64,000 nt of DNA from Octopus sinensis (GCF_006345805.1 NC_043000.1:150784001-150848000), one strand, 5' to 3'; positions 12,702 to 25,935 are shown, numbered from the stretch's first letter. Numbers and translations are program-made. Notes: generated by a model not told the origin, from the sequence alone.

Positions 12702-12959
12702 TAACGTTATTGATATAGGTAATGTAAATCAGTAAATTTTTGGGATATTTAATATCCCTTAGGTGTATTTTACACCTAGCTAAACTGTTATATATACATA
12801 TCATCATCATTTAACATCCGCTTTCCATGCTAGCATGGGTTGGACGGTTCAACTGGCGTCTGGAAAGCCAGAAGGCTGCACCAGGCCCAGTCTGATCTGG
12901 CAGTGTTTCTACGGCTGGATGCCAACCACTCCGTGAGTGTAGTGGGTGCTTTTTACAGT

Positions 12960-13225
12960 GTAGCACTCATGATCACTAGATCAAGGGTTTGATTCCAGGA
13001 CCAGACAGCACGTTGTGTTCTTGAGCAAATAACTTCATTTTATGCTGCTCCTGTCCATTCAGCTGTACATGTGTCACCCTGTGATGGAATAGTCTTCTGA
13101 CAAAGGGGAATGTTAGCCTGCTTGCCTAGCCAGCAGGGTGGCATCATTCAAAAGCTAAATCAATGCAAAGGGCATTATGACCAATGATGTATAACAACCT
13201 TTGATAGTCTGGTTGATCACATGAT
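12960..13225 (+). mobile_element. Degenerate tRNA-head SINE of another family
   Basis: B-box-like gggtttgattcc, then gtgttcttgagcaa...cattcagctgta. Single copy in the window. Confidence 0.45.
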
Positions 13226-13231
13226 ATATAT

Positions 13232-13454
13232 ACTCTTTACTCTTTTCTCTTTTACTTGTTTCAGTCATTTGACTGCGGCCATGCTGGAGCACCGCCTTTA
13301 GTCGAGCAAATTGACCCCCGAGACTTATTCTTTGTAAGCCCAGTACTTATTCTATCGGTCTCTTTTGCCGAACCGCTAAGTGATGGGGACGTAAACACAC
13401 CAGCATCGGTTGTCAAGCAATGCTAGGGGGACAAACAAAGACACACAAACATAT

Positions 13455-13531
<77 letters not shown>

Positions 13532-13695
13532 GACAGGCTTCTTTCAGTTTCCGTCTACCAAATCCACTCACAAGGCATTGGTCAGCCCGGGGCTATAGCA
13601 GAAGACACTTGCCCAAGGTGCCACGCAGTAGGACTGAACCCGGAACCATGTGGTTGGTTATCAAGCTACTTACCACACAGCCACTCCTGCGCCTT
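13232..13695 (-). mobile_element. SINE family B copy with expanded (TA)n
   Basis: Reverse complement of the family consensus. Confidence 0.9.
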
Positions 13696-13954
13696 ATATA
13701 TTTATTATTCTTACATAAGAATACCATTGACGTTGACTTTGAAGTTTCAGCCAGCTAAACCATCATCAGACTGCAATGCATTGAAGTTAATCTTGGCTTT
13801 ATGTAGTCTCTGTTGAGTTAAAATCCTCTTTGAGTATGTGAATTTGATTGGAATAGTAGTTAGGTTGTAGAGTAGGTTGTGGTGGAGAGGTGCTTTGGAG
13901 AAATTTTTATTTATTAAATTCAAGATTATGTTATTGTTTAGAATTTATTCATGT

Positions 13955-14152
13955 ATACTCTTTTACTTGTTTCAGTCATTTGACTGCGGCGATGCTGGAG
14001 CACCGCCTTTAGTCGAGCAACTCGATCCCGGGACTTATTCTTTTTGTAAGCCCAGTACTTATTCTATCGGTCTCTATTGCCGAACCGTTAAGTGACGGGG
14101 ACGTAAACACACCAGCATCGGTTGTCAAGCAATGCTAGGGGGACAAACACAG

Positions 14153-14183
<31 letters not shown>

Positions 14184-14350
14184 CATATATACGACAGGCT
14201 TCCTTCAGTTTCCGTCTACCAAATCCACTCACAAGGCTTTGGTCGGCCTGAGGCTATAGTAGAAGACACTTGCCCAAGGTGCCACGCAGTGGGACTGAAC
14301 CCGGAACCATGTGGTTGGTAAGCAAGCTACTTACCACACAGCCACTCCTG
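13955..14350 (-). mobile_element. SINE family B copy
   Basis: Reverse complement of the family consensus. Confidence 0.9.
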
Positions 14351-14369
14351 GTTTGTCAACTTTTTTGTA

Positions 14370-15640
14370 ATGGAATTTTCTAAGGGTTCACAAAAGAATG
14401 TAAGTAGGTGGTATGTTTTAACTGGTCAGTTTCTTTACTTGTTTGCACTTGAAGGTGGGGGTCACTAGTCTGGCCTATCATGTTGTTAATATAGAAATTT
14501 GTTTCTCTTGTGATTTGATGTTCACAGAAGGACATTGGTAGGTATAAAAGTTGTTGGTCTGTATGTTTCTCTCTAAGGATCATTATTCTATAAGCAATTG
14601 GATTAATATGTAGAAATTCCAACATTTGTTTCTTATGGAGGCAGATTTTGTGGGCTATCATCATCATCATCATCATCATCATCGTTTAACGTCCGTTTTC
14701 CGTGCTAGCATGGGTTGGATGGTTCGACCGGGGTCTGGGAAGCCAGGGGCAGCACCAGGCTCCAGTCTGATCTGGCAGTGTTTCTACAGCTGGATGCCCT
14801 TCCTAACGCCAACCATTCCGCGAGTGTAGTGGGTGCTTTTTACGTGCCACCTGCACAGGTGCCAGGGGATGGGGTCTGGCATTGGCCATGATTGGTTGGT
14901 GCTTTTAATGTGCCACCGGCACGGAAGCCAGCCAAGGCGGCGCTGGCATTGGCCACGTTTGGATGGTGCTTTTTATGTGCCACCAGCACAGAAGCCAGTC
15001 GAGGCGGCGCTGGCAACGGCCAAGATATGTGTTTATAAATATTTCTTCAATTCTGTTTCAAATGTGGGCATTTTTTCATTTTATGATATATTATTTTAGG
15101 ACTATGTACAAATGTGTTGATATGCACATGTATAAAAATGGGAATAAAATTTAATTTTAAGCATTGATTTAAAAATTAAAAACAGAATTAAAAAAGAAAA
15201 GGATCTTCCAACTTGTTTGCATACAAATATATATTTATGTGTGTATGTTGGTTTGTGGGCTTACATTAGAAAATCTTTTGTTGGGGCTCTGGTTGGATAT
15301 AGGGAAACTATTAGATAATTTTTACAGTACATGTTTAGTGTAAAACTGTAAAAATATTTTTATGTATATTATGGGGACAATTTATAGTGCAGATGGAAGA
15401 ACTTGGTAAGATTTTTTTTTATGTTTAGCTGTTAGAAAAATATATTGGTTTGAAATGTTTTAGTATTTCTAAGATTTTGTGCTTGCATGAAGAGACTAGT
15501 TCAGAGTTTAGGTTCAGAATTTGGTTCTTCAATGTGAGAATATGATAGGATTCATGAGTACAAAGTTAGTAGAATTTGTTGTTACCTTGTTGTGTATGTG
15601 AGTGTATTTTCCAATTGATACTAAATAGAGCATTTTAAAA
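14370..15640 (-). mobile_element. Possible very old Penelope-like remnant, split by an RTE-tail insertion at 14658-15022
   Basis: Weak minus-strand resemblance to PLE RT C-terminal and linker motifs only. Confidence 0.3.
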
Positions 15641-15682
15641 TTTTAATGCTTGTGTGTGTGTGTGTGTGTGTAGCATAACATA

Positions 15683-16098
15683 CAGGTGCAGACATGGTTG
15701 TGTAGTAAGGAGTTTGCTTCTCAACCACATGGTTCTGGGTTCAGTCCACTGCATGGCACCTTGGCCAAATGTCTTCTACTGTAATCTTATTTGGATTTGG
15801 TAGATGGAAACTTGAAAGAAGCCCATCGGAAATGTATATATATATGTGTGCATGCTTTGCTGTCTTTTTGCGTTGACATCACATTAGTTGTAAACGAGTA
15901 TCATCATCATGTAATTAGTGTCCATCATTTCCAACCTTTCATGAACACATGTCTGGTCATGGGGAAATGTTATCTTATTTGCTGAGTGTTGGCAGCAAGA
16001 AGAGCATCCAGCCATAGGAAAATCTGCCTCAACAAATTCCGTCTGACCCATGCAAGCATGGAAAAGAGGGGATTAAAATGATGATGATAATGATGATA
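15683..16098 (+). mobile_element. SINE family D (family-B-like head, RTE-like 3' tail ending in (GAT)n)
   Basis: Head ccacatggttctgggttcagtcc, tail gcatccagccatagg...catgcaagcatggaaaag...gatgatgat. Further copies at about 16795-17218(+), 31545-31945(-), 34555-34930(-), 50960-51220(+) and 9420-9620(-). Confidence 0.75.
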
Positions 16099-17739
16099 CA
16101 TTTTAGCATAATATTTTAATAATATTTTCCATCTCTAGAAATAAATGTTCTTCAAGACTGAAAATACATTGTTGGATATCTAAAGATACTTTGTTCATTC
16201 CAAAAACCTTTGTCGTAGTTTCTTTTCTTTTTATCCAGAGGCTCAATAGTAAGTACTAAATCGTTACACCAGAATAATTCTTTCATACAAAATAACTTAG
16301 TTTTGAGTATGAGTTTTCTTTGCATGGTTAAACTTCTGTCAAGGTGTATAATGTTGATATGCTTTCTTGTGCCTCTGTGTTTTGAAAATTAATTTTCCAC
16401 TGAATAGCTATGCATTACACAGGTTTATTCTAGTGTACTTATCTATAACTTCCTTGTAATTGAATCCTATTCTGCCTTTCTGTAGCTAAATTTCTTGAAG
16501 AAAAATTTCTTTTTAGTGATTGTGTGTATGCTTGCAGTATTTCCTGGATTGTATATAGTCAGCTCTATAATAATGTCAGTTATTTTTACTGAGATTAGTT
16601 TGATAGATATAAGGAAAGAGACAATTATTGCTTGTGTGAAACAAGTCAAGATAGCAATGAGTTGGGGATTCCTAAAACATTGCATAATGGTATTGCAAAA
16701 GGAAATAAATCCTGTATACCTTTGAGTGAAGCTGTCTCTCTTGGTTGATACCTGTGCTTTTCAAGGTCATTCATATATGCATGGGGATGCATAGGTGCAG
16801 GCAAGGCTGTGTGGTTAAGAAGCTTGCTTCCCAACCATGTGGTTTTGGGTACAGTCCCACCATGTGGTGCTTTGGGTGTCTTCTACTATAACCTTGAACT
16901 GACTAAAACCTTGTGACAGAATTTGGTAGAAACTGAAAGCAAGCCATCGTGTGTGTGTGTGTGTTTGTGTTTAGGAAGTGTAGGTGTGGTGGGTGTGTCC
17001 CTTTCTCTTGACATCATGTGATGGTTGCAAACAAGCATCGTTTTAGTCTTCCATGAAAAACATGTCAGCCCATAAGAAAATATTACTTTGCTTAGAAACA
17101 AGTGGAAGTTGGCAACAAGTAGGGTATCCACTCAGAAAATATGCCTCAGTGAATTCCATCTGATCCCTACAAGCATAGAAAGGTGAATGTTAAAATGATG
17201 ATGATGATAATGAAGATGAGTAAAATTGAAGTTGATCATGGAGAAATATGACACAAGCCACCTGATTTCACTAGCTACCATTCCACAGTGCTTTGTATTT
17301 TTATTCTTTTACTGGTCTTAGTCATTGGACAGCAGCCATGCTTGGATATTGCCCCTAGAAGTTTCTAGTTGGTTACAGCAATTAGAGCACTCAGCTTTGG
17401 TGATGTTGCCAGCTGCACTCAGCATTTGGCTTGTTTAAAAGTAATTGCATTGTATCAAGTACAAATACTGGCATATGTGTGTGTACATGCATATGAAGAC
17501 ATACACAAACAGAGAGAGAGAGAGAGGAGAGAGAGAGAGGCATGTGAATAGTTACTGTCTATCAAATTCTACTCATAAGATATAAGCCAAGCTTAATTAC
17601 CACACAGTTGGAATGAAGTCAGAAATGCCTGATGTTGAGTTAAACTTCTAACCACACTACCATGCCTAGAAATTTAAATTTATAAACAATATTTCTCTGT
17701 AGATTGTTATTTTCAAGAGTATTTTGGATCTATTTAAAG

Positions 17740-18027
17740 CAATGGTTCCCAAACTTTTTTGGGTTGCTGCTCTTTTGACACCCTGGCCACATTCCTAGTA
17801 CCCCACCACTCACCACAGTAAACATAGACCTCTTTTTGCATCAAATTCAAAGCAATTGTACTTCACAAATAAAACTTAACCTAATGAACCCATTATTTTG
17901 TTCTTTTGACATCAGTCGTTCCCTTTTGGCCACTCTATTATTGCCCCCACTTTTCCTCAGCCCATCTCCTTCTCTGATCTTTCCGCTGCCCCCAGAGGAG
18001 CAGTACCACCCACTTTGGGAACAATTG
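17740..18027 (+). mobile_element. hAT-type MITE
   Basis: TIRs caatggttcccaaa / tttgggaacaattg. Perfect 8-bp TSD ATTTAAAG at 17732-17739 and 18028-18035. Confidence 0.88.
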
Positions 18028-18424
18028 ATTTAAAGGTTCCTTCAAATCAATAAGTCTTACTCTGAAACATTGATCAGCGAGGAATAAAATTTAAGTTAAT
18101 TTAATTTTGTATGGGTTAGCCAGAAGGATTTTTTCAGTATTTTCTGAAACAAATAGGAGAAAGGAGGAAGTTATTTTCAGACCATGGATTTGGCCTTAGT
18201 GCTTACCATAAATTCTTCTAAACACTTCTATGGGCCAGATTAAATCTGCTATTTAAAAACAGTCATTGTAGTTCTACTAGGATTCTGCATAGATTCCATC
18301 TATCAAATTTCTTTCACAAAGCTTTGGTTAGCCATAAACTGTGCTAGCAGACACTTGTCCATAAGGTTTTTCTATGTAGTGTGTGTGTGTGTGAATATAT
18401 ATATATATATATGTATATATATAT

Positions 18425-20370
18425 GGTGTTCATAGAGGCCATGGAATTGGTTTCCAAAATGAAGAGGGAACAAGGCTACTGGAGTTCTGTGATGCAAATA
18501 GCCTTTTGATCTGCAACACTAACTTCAGGAAGCCAGCCCGTCACCTGATAACCTATCAATCAGGTGACACTGCTAGCCAGATCGATTTCATTCTCACCAG
18601 ACAGTAGGATGCATGGTTGCTCTTAAATACAAAGACCCTCCCTGGTGAAGAATGTACCCTCTTGCATAGACTAGTCATTAGCGACTTTAGACTCCAGGCC
18701 AGAAGGAAGCAGACCAATCTGGAAAAGAAGGCTTTGGAAGCTTAAGGACCCTTCTTATGGACAGAGATTTAGGGACATCCTAATTGAGAAACTTGATGAG
18801 CGGGAAGAGGAGCTATAACCTTGTGGCATAGAGGGCAACTGGGAATTCCTGTGAGACAGCTTGCTGAGTGCCACAGACCAAATCTGTGGCTGGTGCAAAG
18901 TCCCTTCCAGACAAAGGATAATGTGGAGGGGGAACAGTACTGTGGACAGGGCTATTAGACACCTGGAAGGTGGGGGCAGCAGGGAACTGTATCAGGTAGC
19001 CAAAAAGAAAGCTAGGAGACAGGTATATCTAGCCAAGGGAAAACATAAAAGAAGTTTGCCTATGTTCAGCGTTGAGAGAACCAAAGAACTGAAGTCTTTC
19101 AGATTGCAAGACAGTGTGTGAGAGAAAAATTGTGGTGCCATAGGAGAGAAATGTGTCCACATGGATGATGGTGCACTTGCTTTTAATGAGTCTGCAAAGA
19201 AAGAGGCTTGAAGATGCTATTATGAAAGCCTGCTGAATGTGGAGAATGAATGGGAAGAGGAGAGTCTGCCAAATGTTGACCCAATCGAGGGACCAGCTAC
19301 CCGAATTGACACTACCCTGGTAGATAAAGCAATTAGAGATATGAAGACAAGGAAAGCCCCCGGCCCATCAGGAATCAGCACTGAGATGCTTAAAATATTT
19401 GGCAGTGTGGGTTATAGTCTTATCACCCATATCGTAAATCAGATGGTTCATGAAGGAGTCTTACCCAATGACTCGTGTAGCAGCACCATAGTCCACTGCT
19501 ACAAAGGTAAAGGTAATGCCTTAGATAGAAATAATTACAGAGGTATCAAACTGTTGGATCAGGTGATGAAAGTTGCAGAATCCTAGCGCAACTAATTAGG
19601 GATAAAATTTAGATGAGATGCAGTTTGGCTTTGTGCCAGGCAGAAGCACCACTGATGCTATATTTCTGGTAAGGCAACTGCAGGAGAAATATCTAGCCAA
19701 AAATAAACCTCTATACTTGGCTTTTGATGACTTGGAGAAAGCTTTTGACAGAATACTGCAGATCCCTTATCTGGTGGTCAATGCAGAAACTAGGGATAGA
19801 CGAATGGTTGGTGAGAACCGTACAAGCCTTGTAAAAGGATTCTACCAGTAAGGTGAGCGTTGGAAAAGAGTACAGTGAAGAATTCAGGGTACAAGTAGGG
19901 GTTCACCAAGGATTGGTGCTCAGCCCCTCTTGTTCATCATAGTCCTTCAGGCAATAACAGTGGAATTCAAGACAGGCTGCCCTTGGGAGCTCCTCTATGA
20001 TGATGATCTTGCTCTTGTAGCTGAATCACTACCTGAACTAGAGATGTTGCAGGTATTGAAGTAAAGTCTAGAATCAAAGGGCCTTAGAGTTAACATAGCA
20101 AAAACTGAAGCCATAGTAAGTAGGAAGGCAGACGAATTTCAAATTCCTTCAGGTAGATGGTCCTGCCCAATCTATAGAAAAGGTGTAGGTAGAAACACCA
20201 TAAGATGCACCCAGTGTAAGCTTTGGATACATAAAAGGTACAGTAACATCAGAGGAAGGTTAACAGGGAAACTAACTTTTGTATGTGGAAGGTGCACAGG
20301 TACAATAAACACTGAAAATGTGCAGAAAACAGACTCTGTCAACTGGCAACCAGGCAAGCTAGAGCTAGTA
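18425..20370 (+). mobile_element. RTE-clade LINE, large ORF2 fragment (APE C-terminus plus RT), decayed
   Basis: Translations EGTRLLEFCDANSLLICNTNFRK, KAPGPSGISTEMLK, NYRGIKLLDQVMKV, QFGFVPGRSTTDAIFLVRQLQEKY, LAFDDLEKAFD and YDDDL, with stops and frameshifts. Confidence 0.92.
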
Positions 20371-20504
20371 TATATATATTGTATAAAGGACCGTGGGTAA
20401 GGCCAATGCAATGCGAAGTAAATGCAAGGTAAATCACAAGAAAACAAACATATGAATTAATGTAGTCTTACCTTGTATTCAATATTTTGGTGGTTATAAC
20501 CCTA

Positions 20505-21115
20505 TTTTCTTTTTATGTGCCACTGGCACGGGTGCCAATCAGGCGGTACTGCCTCAACAGGTCATTGGAAGCGCAGTTTATTGCCCAATGATTGAAGGGT
20601 ACTCTTAAATGGGCTGGTTATGCTGCACTGGCATAGGCCACGGTTACAGTCTCACTTGCTTTGCCAGTTCTTCTCAAGCACAGTATATCTCTAAAGGTCT
20701 TGGTCACTCGTCTTTGCCTCCATGAGGCCCAACATTAGAAGGTCGTACTTCACCACCTCATCCCAGGTCTTCCTGGGTCTACCTCTTCCACAGGTTCCCT
20801 CTACTGCTAGGGTGTGACACTTTTTCACACAACTATCCACATCCATATGCAACACATGGTCATACCAGCACAGTCATCTCTTTTTGCACACCACATCTGA
20901 TGCTTCTTAGGTCCAACTTTTCTCTCAAGGTACTTACACTCTGTTGTGAATGCACACTGACATTACACATCCAGCAGAGCATACTAGCTTCATTCCTTGC
21001 AAGCTTACGAATGTCCTCAGCAATCACAGCCCATGTTTCACTGCCATGTAGCATGGCTGTTCACACACATGCATCATACAGTTTCCTTTTACTCTGAGCA
21101 GTAGACCTTTTGTCA
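20505..21115 (-). mobile_element. RTE LINE 3' fragment
   Basis: MLHGSETWAV...ASMLCWMCNVS...LREKLDLRSIRCGVQ followed by 3' UTR. Confidence 0.85.
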
Positions 21116-21129
21116 CTTGCTTTATCTAC

Positions 21130-21535
21130 CAAGGTACTGTCAATTCAGACATCTCTTTTTAATCAGTCTTTAGCATATTGATGATTTAGTGAATGCAAGG
21201 ATAGCAAAAACCACTCTGCCTTTGGACGTCTTGGAGTGGATATGTAGTATCATGTCCAACTCCAAAATTCCTAAGCAGATCTTCTTCAGTGATCTAGCTG
21301 CTGGCTTATGGTCACATGGTGGACCAAGGAAGAGATACAAAGACACACTCAAGACAACCTTGAAAAAGTGTAGCTTAGAGTAGTTTACTTGGGAACATCT
21401 TGGCCAGGATCACTCACTGAGGCATAGAACTATACACATTCTGAATTTGATATGGCCAGAGAAGGTAAGGAGAGGAGGGCTGCATGGAAAGCAAGAGACC
21501 CACCAAATCCTGACTCTCCAGAATCCTTGTCCGGT
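21130..21535 (+). mobile_element. Second RTE family (BovB-like) ORF2 C-terminal fragment with internal deletion
   Basis: ARIAK...KIPKQIFFSDL..G.WSHGGPRKRYKDTLKTTLKKC, a typical RTE C-terminus. Confidence 0.75.
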
Positions 21536-21539
21536 ACTT

Positions 21540-21704
21540 GATTGAATCCAAAATCTAATCAGCTTGTGCCAGTCATGAGGTCAAACATCCCTGAAGTTTC
21601 ATCTGAATCCATCCTGTGGTTCTTGAGATATCTTGTCCACAGACAAACAAACAAATAAACACAACTGAAAACAATACCTCCACCTTTGCTAAGGTGGAGG
21701 TAAT
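21540..21704 (+). mobile_element. Helentron/DINE-like non-autonomous element end
   Basis: (ACAA)n tract followed by the terminal palindrome tacctccacctt-tgct-aaggtggaggta (21675-21702). Confidence 0.5.
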
Positions 21705-21922
21705 AATCCTTTCTACAATAGGCACAAGGCCTGAAATTTTGGTGGAGAGGGCTAGTCAATTACATCGACCCCAGTATTTCACTGGTACTTAATTTATCAA
21801 CTCTGTAAAGATGAGAGGCAAAGTCAACCTCGGCAGAATTTGATCTCAGAACGTTGCAACAGGTGAAGTACCACTTAGCATTTCATTCAGCATGTTAATG
21901 ATTCTGACAGCTCACTGCCTTC

Positions 21923-21973
<51 letters not shown>

Positions 21974-22459
21974 CCTTTCTTCTATAGGTACATGACCTGA
22001 AATTTTTAGGGAGGGGACTTGATGATTACATCAACACCAGTGTTCAACTGGTACTTATTTTATTGATCCCAAAAAGATGAAAGGCAACATTTGAGTTCAG
22101 AACAAAAAGACAAATGAAATCCCACTCAGTATTTTGCTTGGCATGCAAATGATTCTGCCAGCCCACCTGGCATTCAGTGTGTGTGTATGTTTTCTATGTT
22201 TATTTTCTTCCCTTGAACTATTTTGTGGATCAAATAGGCTTGCTTTTTAAAAGCAGAGGAGCGTAATTTGAAGGAGATTTGGTTGGTATTTCTATTTGTT
22301 TATTGTCTACCTTGTCTGTTCAAAGAATCAGAGTATTCAGTAGGAACATAATTGAGGTCACTTTGAGGTTACTAGAGTTGAAAGTCCCCTGGCATTCTCT
22401 GCAACCATTTGGTGTACAGGTGAGGAGATTTATCAAATGAGGTGAGATATGATGTGTGA

Positions 22460-23212
22460 AAGGTGCTCTTTACATGCCACTGGCATGGGTGCCAGTTATG
22501 TGACACCAGCATCGGCCATGACTACGATTTCACTTGACGAGTCTTCTCAAGCACAGCATATTGCCAAAGGCCTCAGTCATTAGTCATTGCCTCTGTGAAG
22601 CTCAAAGTGTGAAGATTATCCTTCACCACTTTGTCCTATGTTTTCCTGAGTTTACCTCTGCCACAAGTTCCCTCCACTGTTAGAGATTGGCACTTCTTTA
22701 CACAGCTGTCCTCATCCATACACATCATATGATCATACCAGTGCAGTTGTCCCTCTTGCACACCACATCTGATTCCTCTTATGCCTAACTTTTCTCTCAA
22801 GATGCTTACACTCTGTCGAACATGCATTCTGACATTGCACATCCAGCGAAGCATACTGGCTTTATTTCTCTCAAGCTGTGACAGCCCATGCTTCACTGCC
22901 ATGTAGCATAGCTGTTCACACACAGGCATCATACAATCTGCCTTTCACTCTGGGAGAGAGGTTCTTTGTTGCCAGCAGGAGTAGGATCTCTCTGAACTTT
23001 GCCCAACCTAGTTTTATTCTCACAGCTATGCTCTCAAAGCATCCACCTCCACTACTAACTTGGTCACCTAGATAATGGAAGCTATCTACTACCTCTAGCT
23101 TGCCCCACTGGCAGCTGATGGAGTCTATTTTCTGCACATTTTCAGTGTTTATTGTACCTGTGCATCTTCCACATACGAAAACTAGTTTCTCTGTTAACCT
23201 CTGACATTGCTG
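22460..23212 (-). mobile_element. RTE LINE 3' fragment
   Basis: CGRCTGTINTEN...GKLEVVDSFHYLGDQVSSGGGC...RVKGRLYDACV, and MLRWMCNVR...GKLRKT. Confidence 0.88.
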
Positions 23213-23233
23213 CACCTTTTGTGTGTCCAAAGC

Positions 23234-23264
<31 letters not shown>

Positions 23265-23468
23265 AAATAAAAATATGTATGGTAAACAAAACAACGCAAA
23301 ACAACACGGTGTGTGATTTAGGACGGTGAACAAGGATGAACAGACGGGCAAAATACGGCCTTAGTGCCAAGAAGACAAGAATAATGGGTAAAGCTTAGAA
23401 GATATCCTAAAGGATAGAGAATGATGAGACAGAGAATTTGCGACTGGTCAGCTACATTTATGTATAGA

Positions 23469-23541
<73 letters not shown>

Positions 23542-23581
23542 ATTATAAATGCATATATCTACGTATATTTTTGCATATATA

Positions 23582-24877
23582 CAGGATGCAATGGGTAAAG
23601 TGTCACCATTTTATATTTTTAATTTTGCACATGTGCATTGTTTGTTTTTGATTTTGATGACTATACAGTATAGTAGGGTCAGTTGGGCACATCTGTGAGA
23701 AAAACAGCACCATGGCACAATTCACTCTGCCAGAAATTTCGAAGTGACTTGCTGTAGTGCTTGGCATTCATGCCAGAAGCTCCAATATGAACATTTCAGA
23801 GTGTTTGGTGTTAATCTGAGGACAGTGCAGAGGATTCAGAAAGAGTTGGATGAGTCTTTTGGTGCTTACAAAGGTACAGCATCTTGGAAATCTCACTCCG
23901 ATCATTCTGATAAGGAAAGAACTCCTGAATTTGTTGGTGAGATCCAGGCCATGATTGACAATGATCCCTCCAAGTCAATCAGGTCCATCACCAGGGACAT
24001 GAGAGTGTCTGAGTTTCTTATCAGGCAGGTAGTGCGTGAAGACATTTGGTGTTCCTTATACAAGATGAGAAAAGGCCAATTTTTATCCCAAGCCATCAAG
24101 AGCAAGAGGAAAGACTGCACTACGAAGCTTTTGAACAAACTCAAGCATCCTCTCCAACTGAACATGCTTTGATTTTTCTTAGACGAGAAAAATTTCTGTC
24201 AGGATCAGATGGTGAACACACAGAACAACCATTGGCTTGCCATTGTCCCCAAAACATGGACCAAGAGTGATAAAAATCAAACATCCAGTCAACATCATAG
24301 TGTTTGGAGTGATCACTAGTTATGGCAATGTTATGCCTCCATTCATCTTCCCACATGACCTCAGACTCAACACGGAGTGCTACATCAAGTGCCTGAAGGA
24401 GGTAGTGCTGCCCTGGGTCAAGAGGGTGGCTACTGAAAGACCCTATGTCTGGTAGCAGGACTCTGTATTATGCCGCACAAGCAGGAGAACCCAGTCATGG
24501 CTGTCAGGCAATTTCTGCAACCACATCACCCCTAACATCTGGGTACCTAACTCCCCTGACTGCAACCTCCTTGATTATTATGTGTGGAATGCAGATGAGA
24601 GAGGCCAACAAAATTCCTTGCTACACTAAAGATGAACTGAAGGCAAGGATTAAAGGCAGCATTCACCAACTTAAACAAGGAGACTGCCCAGAAAAGTTCC
24701 AGGAGATTCTGAAGTCGTCTGGAGGCCATGGTTGAAGCTGAGGTTGATTTTATTGAATAAATTTACTCTAGTATTTCAAGATATTTTTAGGTTTGGCAGA
24801 TATATCTGTTAAAATGAGATATCAATATTATTTTCATTTTTGCATAATTTAGATGACGATTTATTCACTGCACCCTG
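23582..24877 (+). mobile_element. Full-length but inactivated Tc1/mariner DD37D (maT-type) transposon
   Basis: TA flanks and imperfect TIRs (caggatgcaatgggtaaag vs reverse complement cagggtgcagtgaataaat). Transposase motifs FFLDEKNF, W*QD and PNSPDCNLLDY, with exactly 37 residues between the 2nd and 3rd D. Stops and a frameshift. Confidence 0.9.
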
Positions 24878-24886
24878 TATATATAT

Positions 24887-24920
<34 letters not shown>

Positions 24921-24957
24921 CATGTAAATATATGTATGTGTATAGATATATATCTAT

Positions 24958-25129
24958 AGGCGCAGGAGTGGCTGTCTGGTAAGTAGCTTGCTAACCAACC
25001 ACATGGTTCCGGGTTCAGTCCCACTGCGTGGCACCTTGGGCAAGTGTCTTCTACTATAGCCTCGGGCCGACCAAAGCCTTGTGAGTGGATTTGGTAGACG
25101 GAAACTGAAAGAAGCCCGTCGTATATATG

Positions 25130-25160
<31 letters not shown>

Positions 25161-25365
25161 TTGTGTGTCTGTGTTCGTCCTCCTAGCATTGCTTGACAAC
25201 CAATGCTGGTGTGTTTACGTCCCCGTCACTTAGCGGTTCGGCAAAAGAGACCGATAGAATAAGTACTGGGCTTACAAAGAATAAGTCCCGGGGTCGAGTT
25301 GCTCGACTAAAGGCGGTGCTCCAGCATGGCCGCAGTCAAATGACTGAAACGAGTAAAAGAGTAAG
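24958..25365 (+). mobile_element. SINE family B, representative copy (tRNA-like head, internal TA/TG microsatellite, AGTAAAAG-repeat tail)
   Basis: A-box-like tggctgtctggt and B-box-like ggttcagtccc. Near-identical copies at about 7735-8135(+), 8865-9275(-), 13232-13695(-), 13955-14350(-), 40935-41340(+), 42183-42595(-) and 42960-43352(-). Older copies at 49222-49540(+) and 54803-55239(-). Isolated heads at 10610-10920(-). Confidence 0.92.
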
Positions 25366-25489
25366 AGTATATATTTATGCATATTTATATATAATTATCA
25401 TCATTTTAATATCTATTTCTCATTGCATTCAAGGATTAAATGAGACTTTATTGAGACAGAATTCTCTATGACTGGATGACCCTCTTGAC

Positions 25490-25935
25490 ATCAGTCATAA
25501 ATGTATATATATGTGTGTGTATGTATATATATATGTGTGTGTGTTTGTGGGTACACACACACATATATATATGCTTGCGAGTATGCATTCATATGCATGT
25601 GTGTATGGAGGGTACGTACACTCACATGAATGTATATATGTACTCATACATGTAGGCATATGAATATACACATTCGTGTAAACTTGGTGAATATATCTAT
25701 AGGTGGTACTAATAATTAGAGGTATTATGATCTGCATTGACATGCATTTGTGTGGGTGTATAAGTGTGGATGTGTATGTGTGTGTGTGTTCAGAAACACA
25801 CATATGCACACATCCATATGTATATGTGTATTTGTATATATGTACATATATATATATATATATGTATGTATGTATGTATGTATATTTGTGTATATGTGCA
25901 AATGTGTGTGTATATTTCTTTTAATTTCTGAATAT

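Noticed and set aside
15392-15412. ATGGAAGAACTTG|GTAAG, phase-compatible with the RELCH exon at 52724
   Set aside because: It lies in what appears to be an antisense Penelope remnant, with no promoter or homology support.
24958-25030. tRNA gene-like A/B boxes
   Set aside because: They are SINE heads. No complete cloverleaf or acceptor stem is present.
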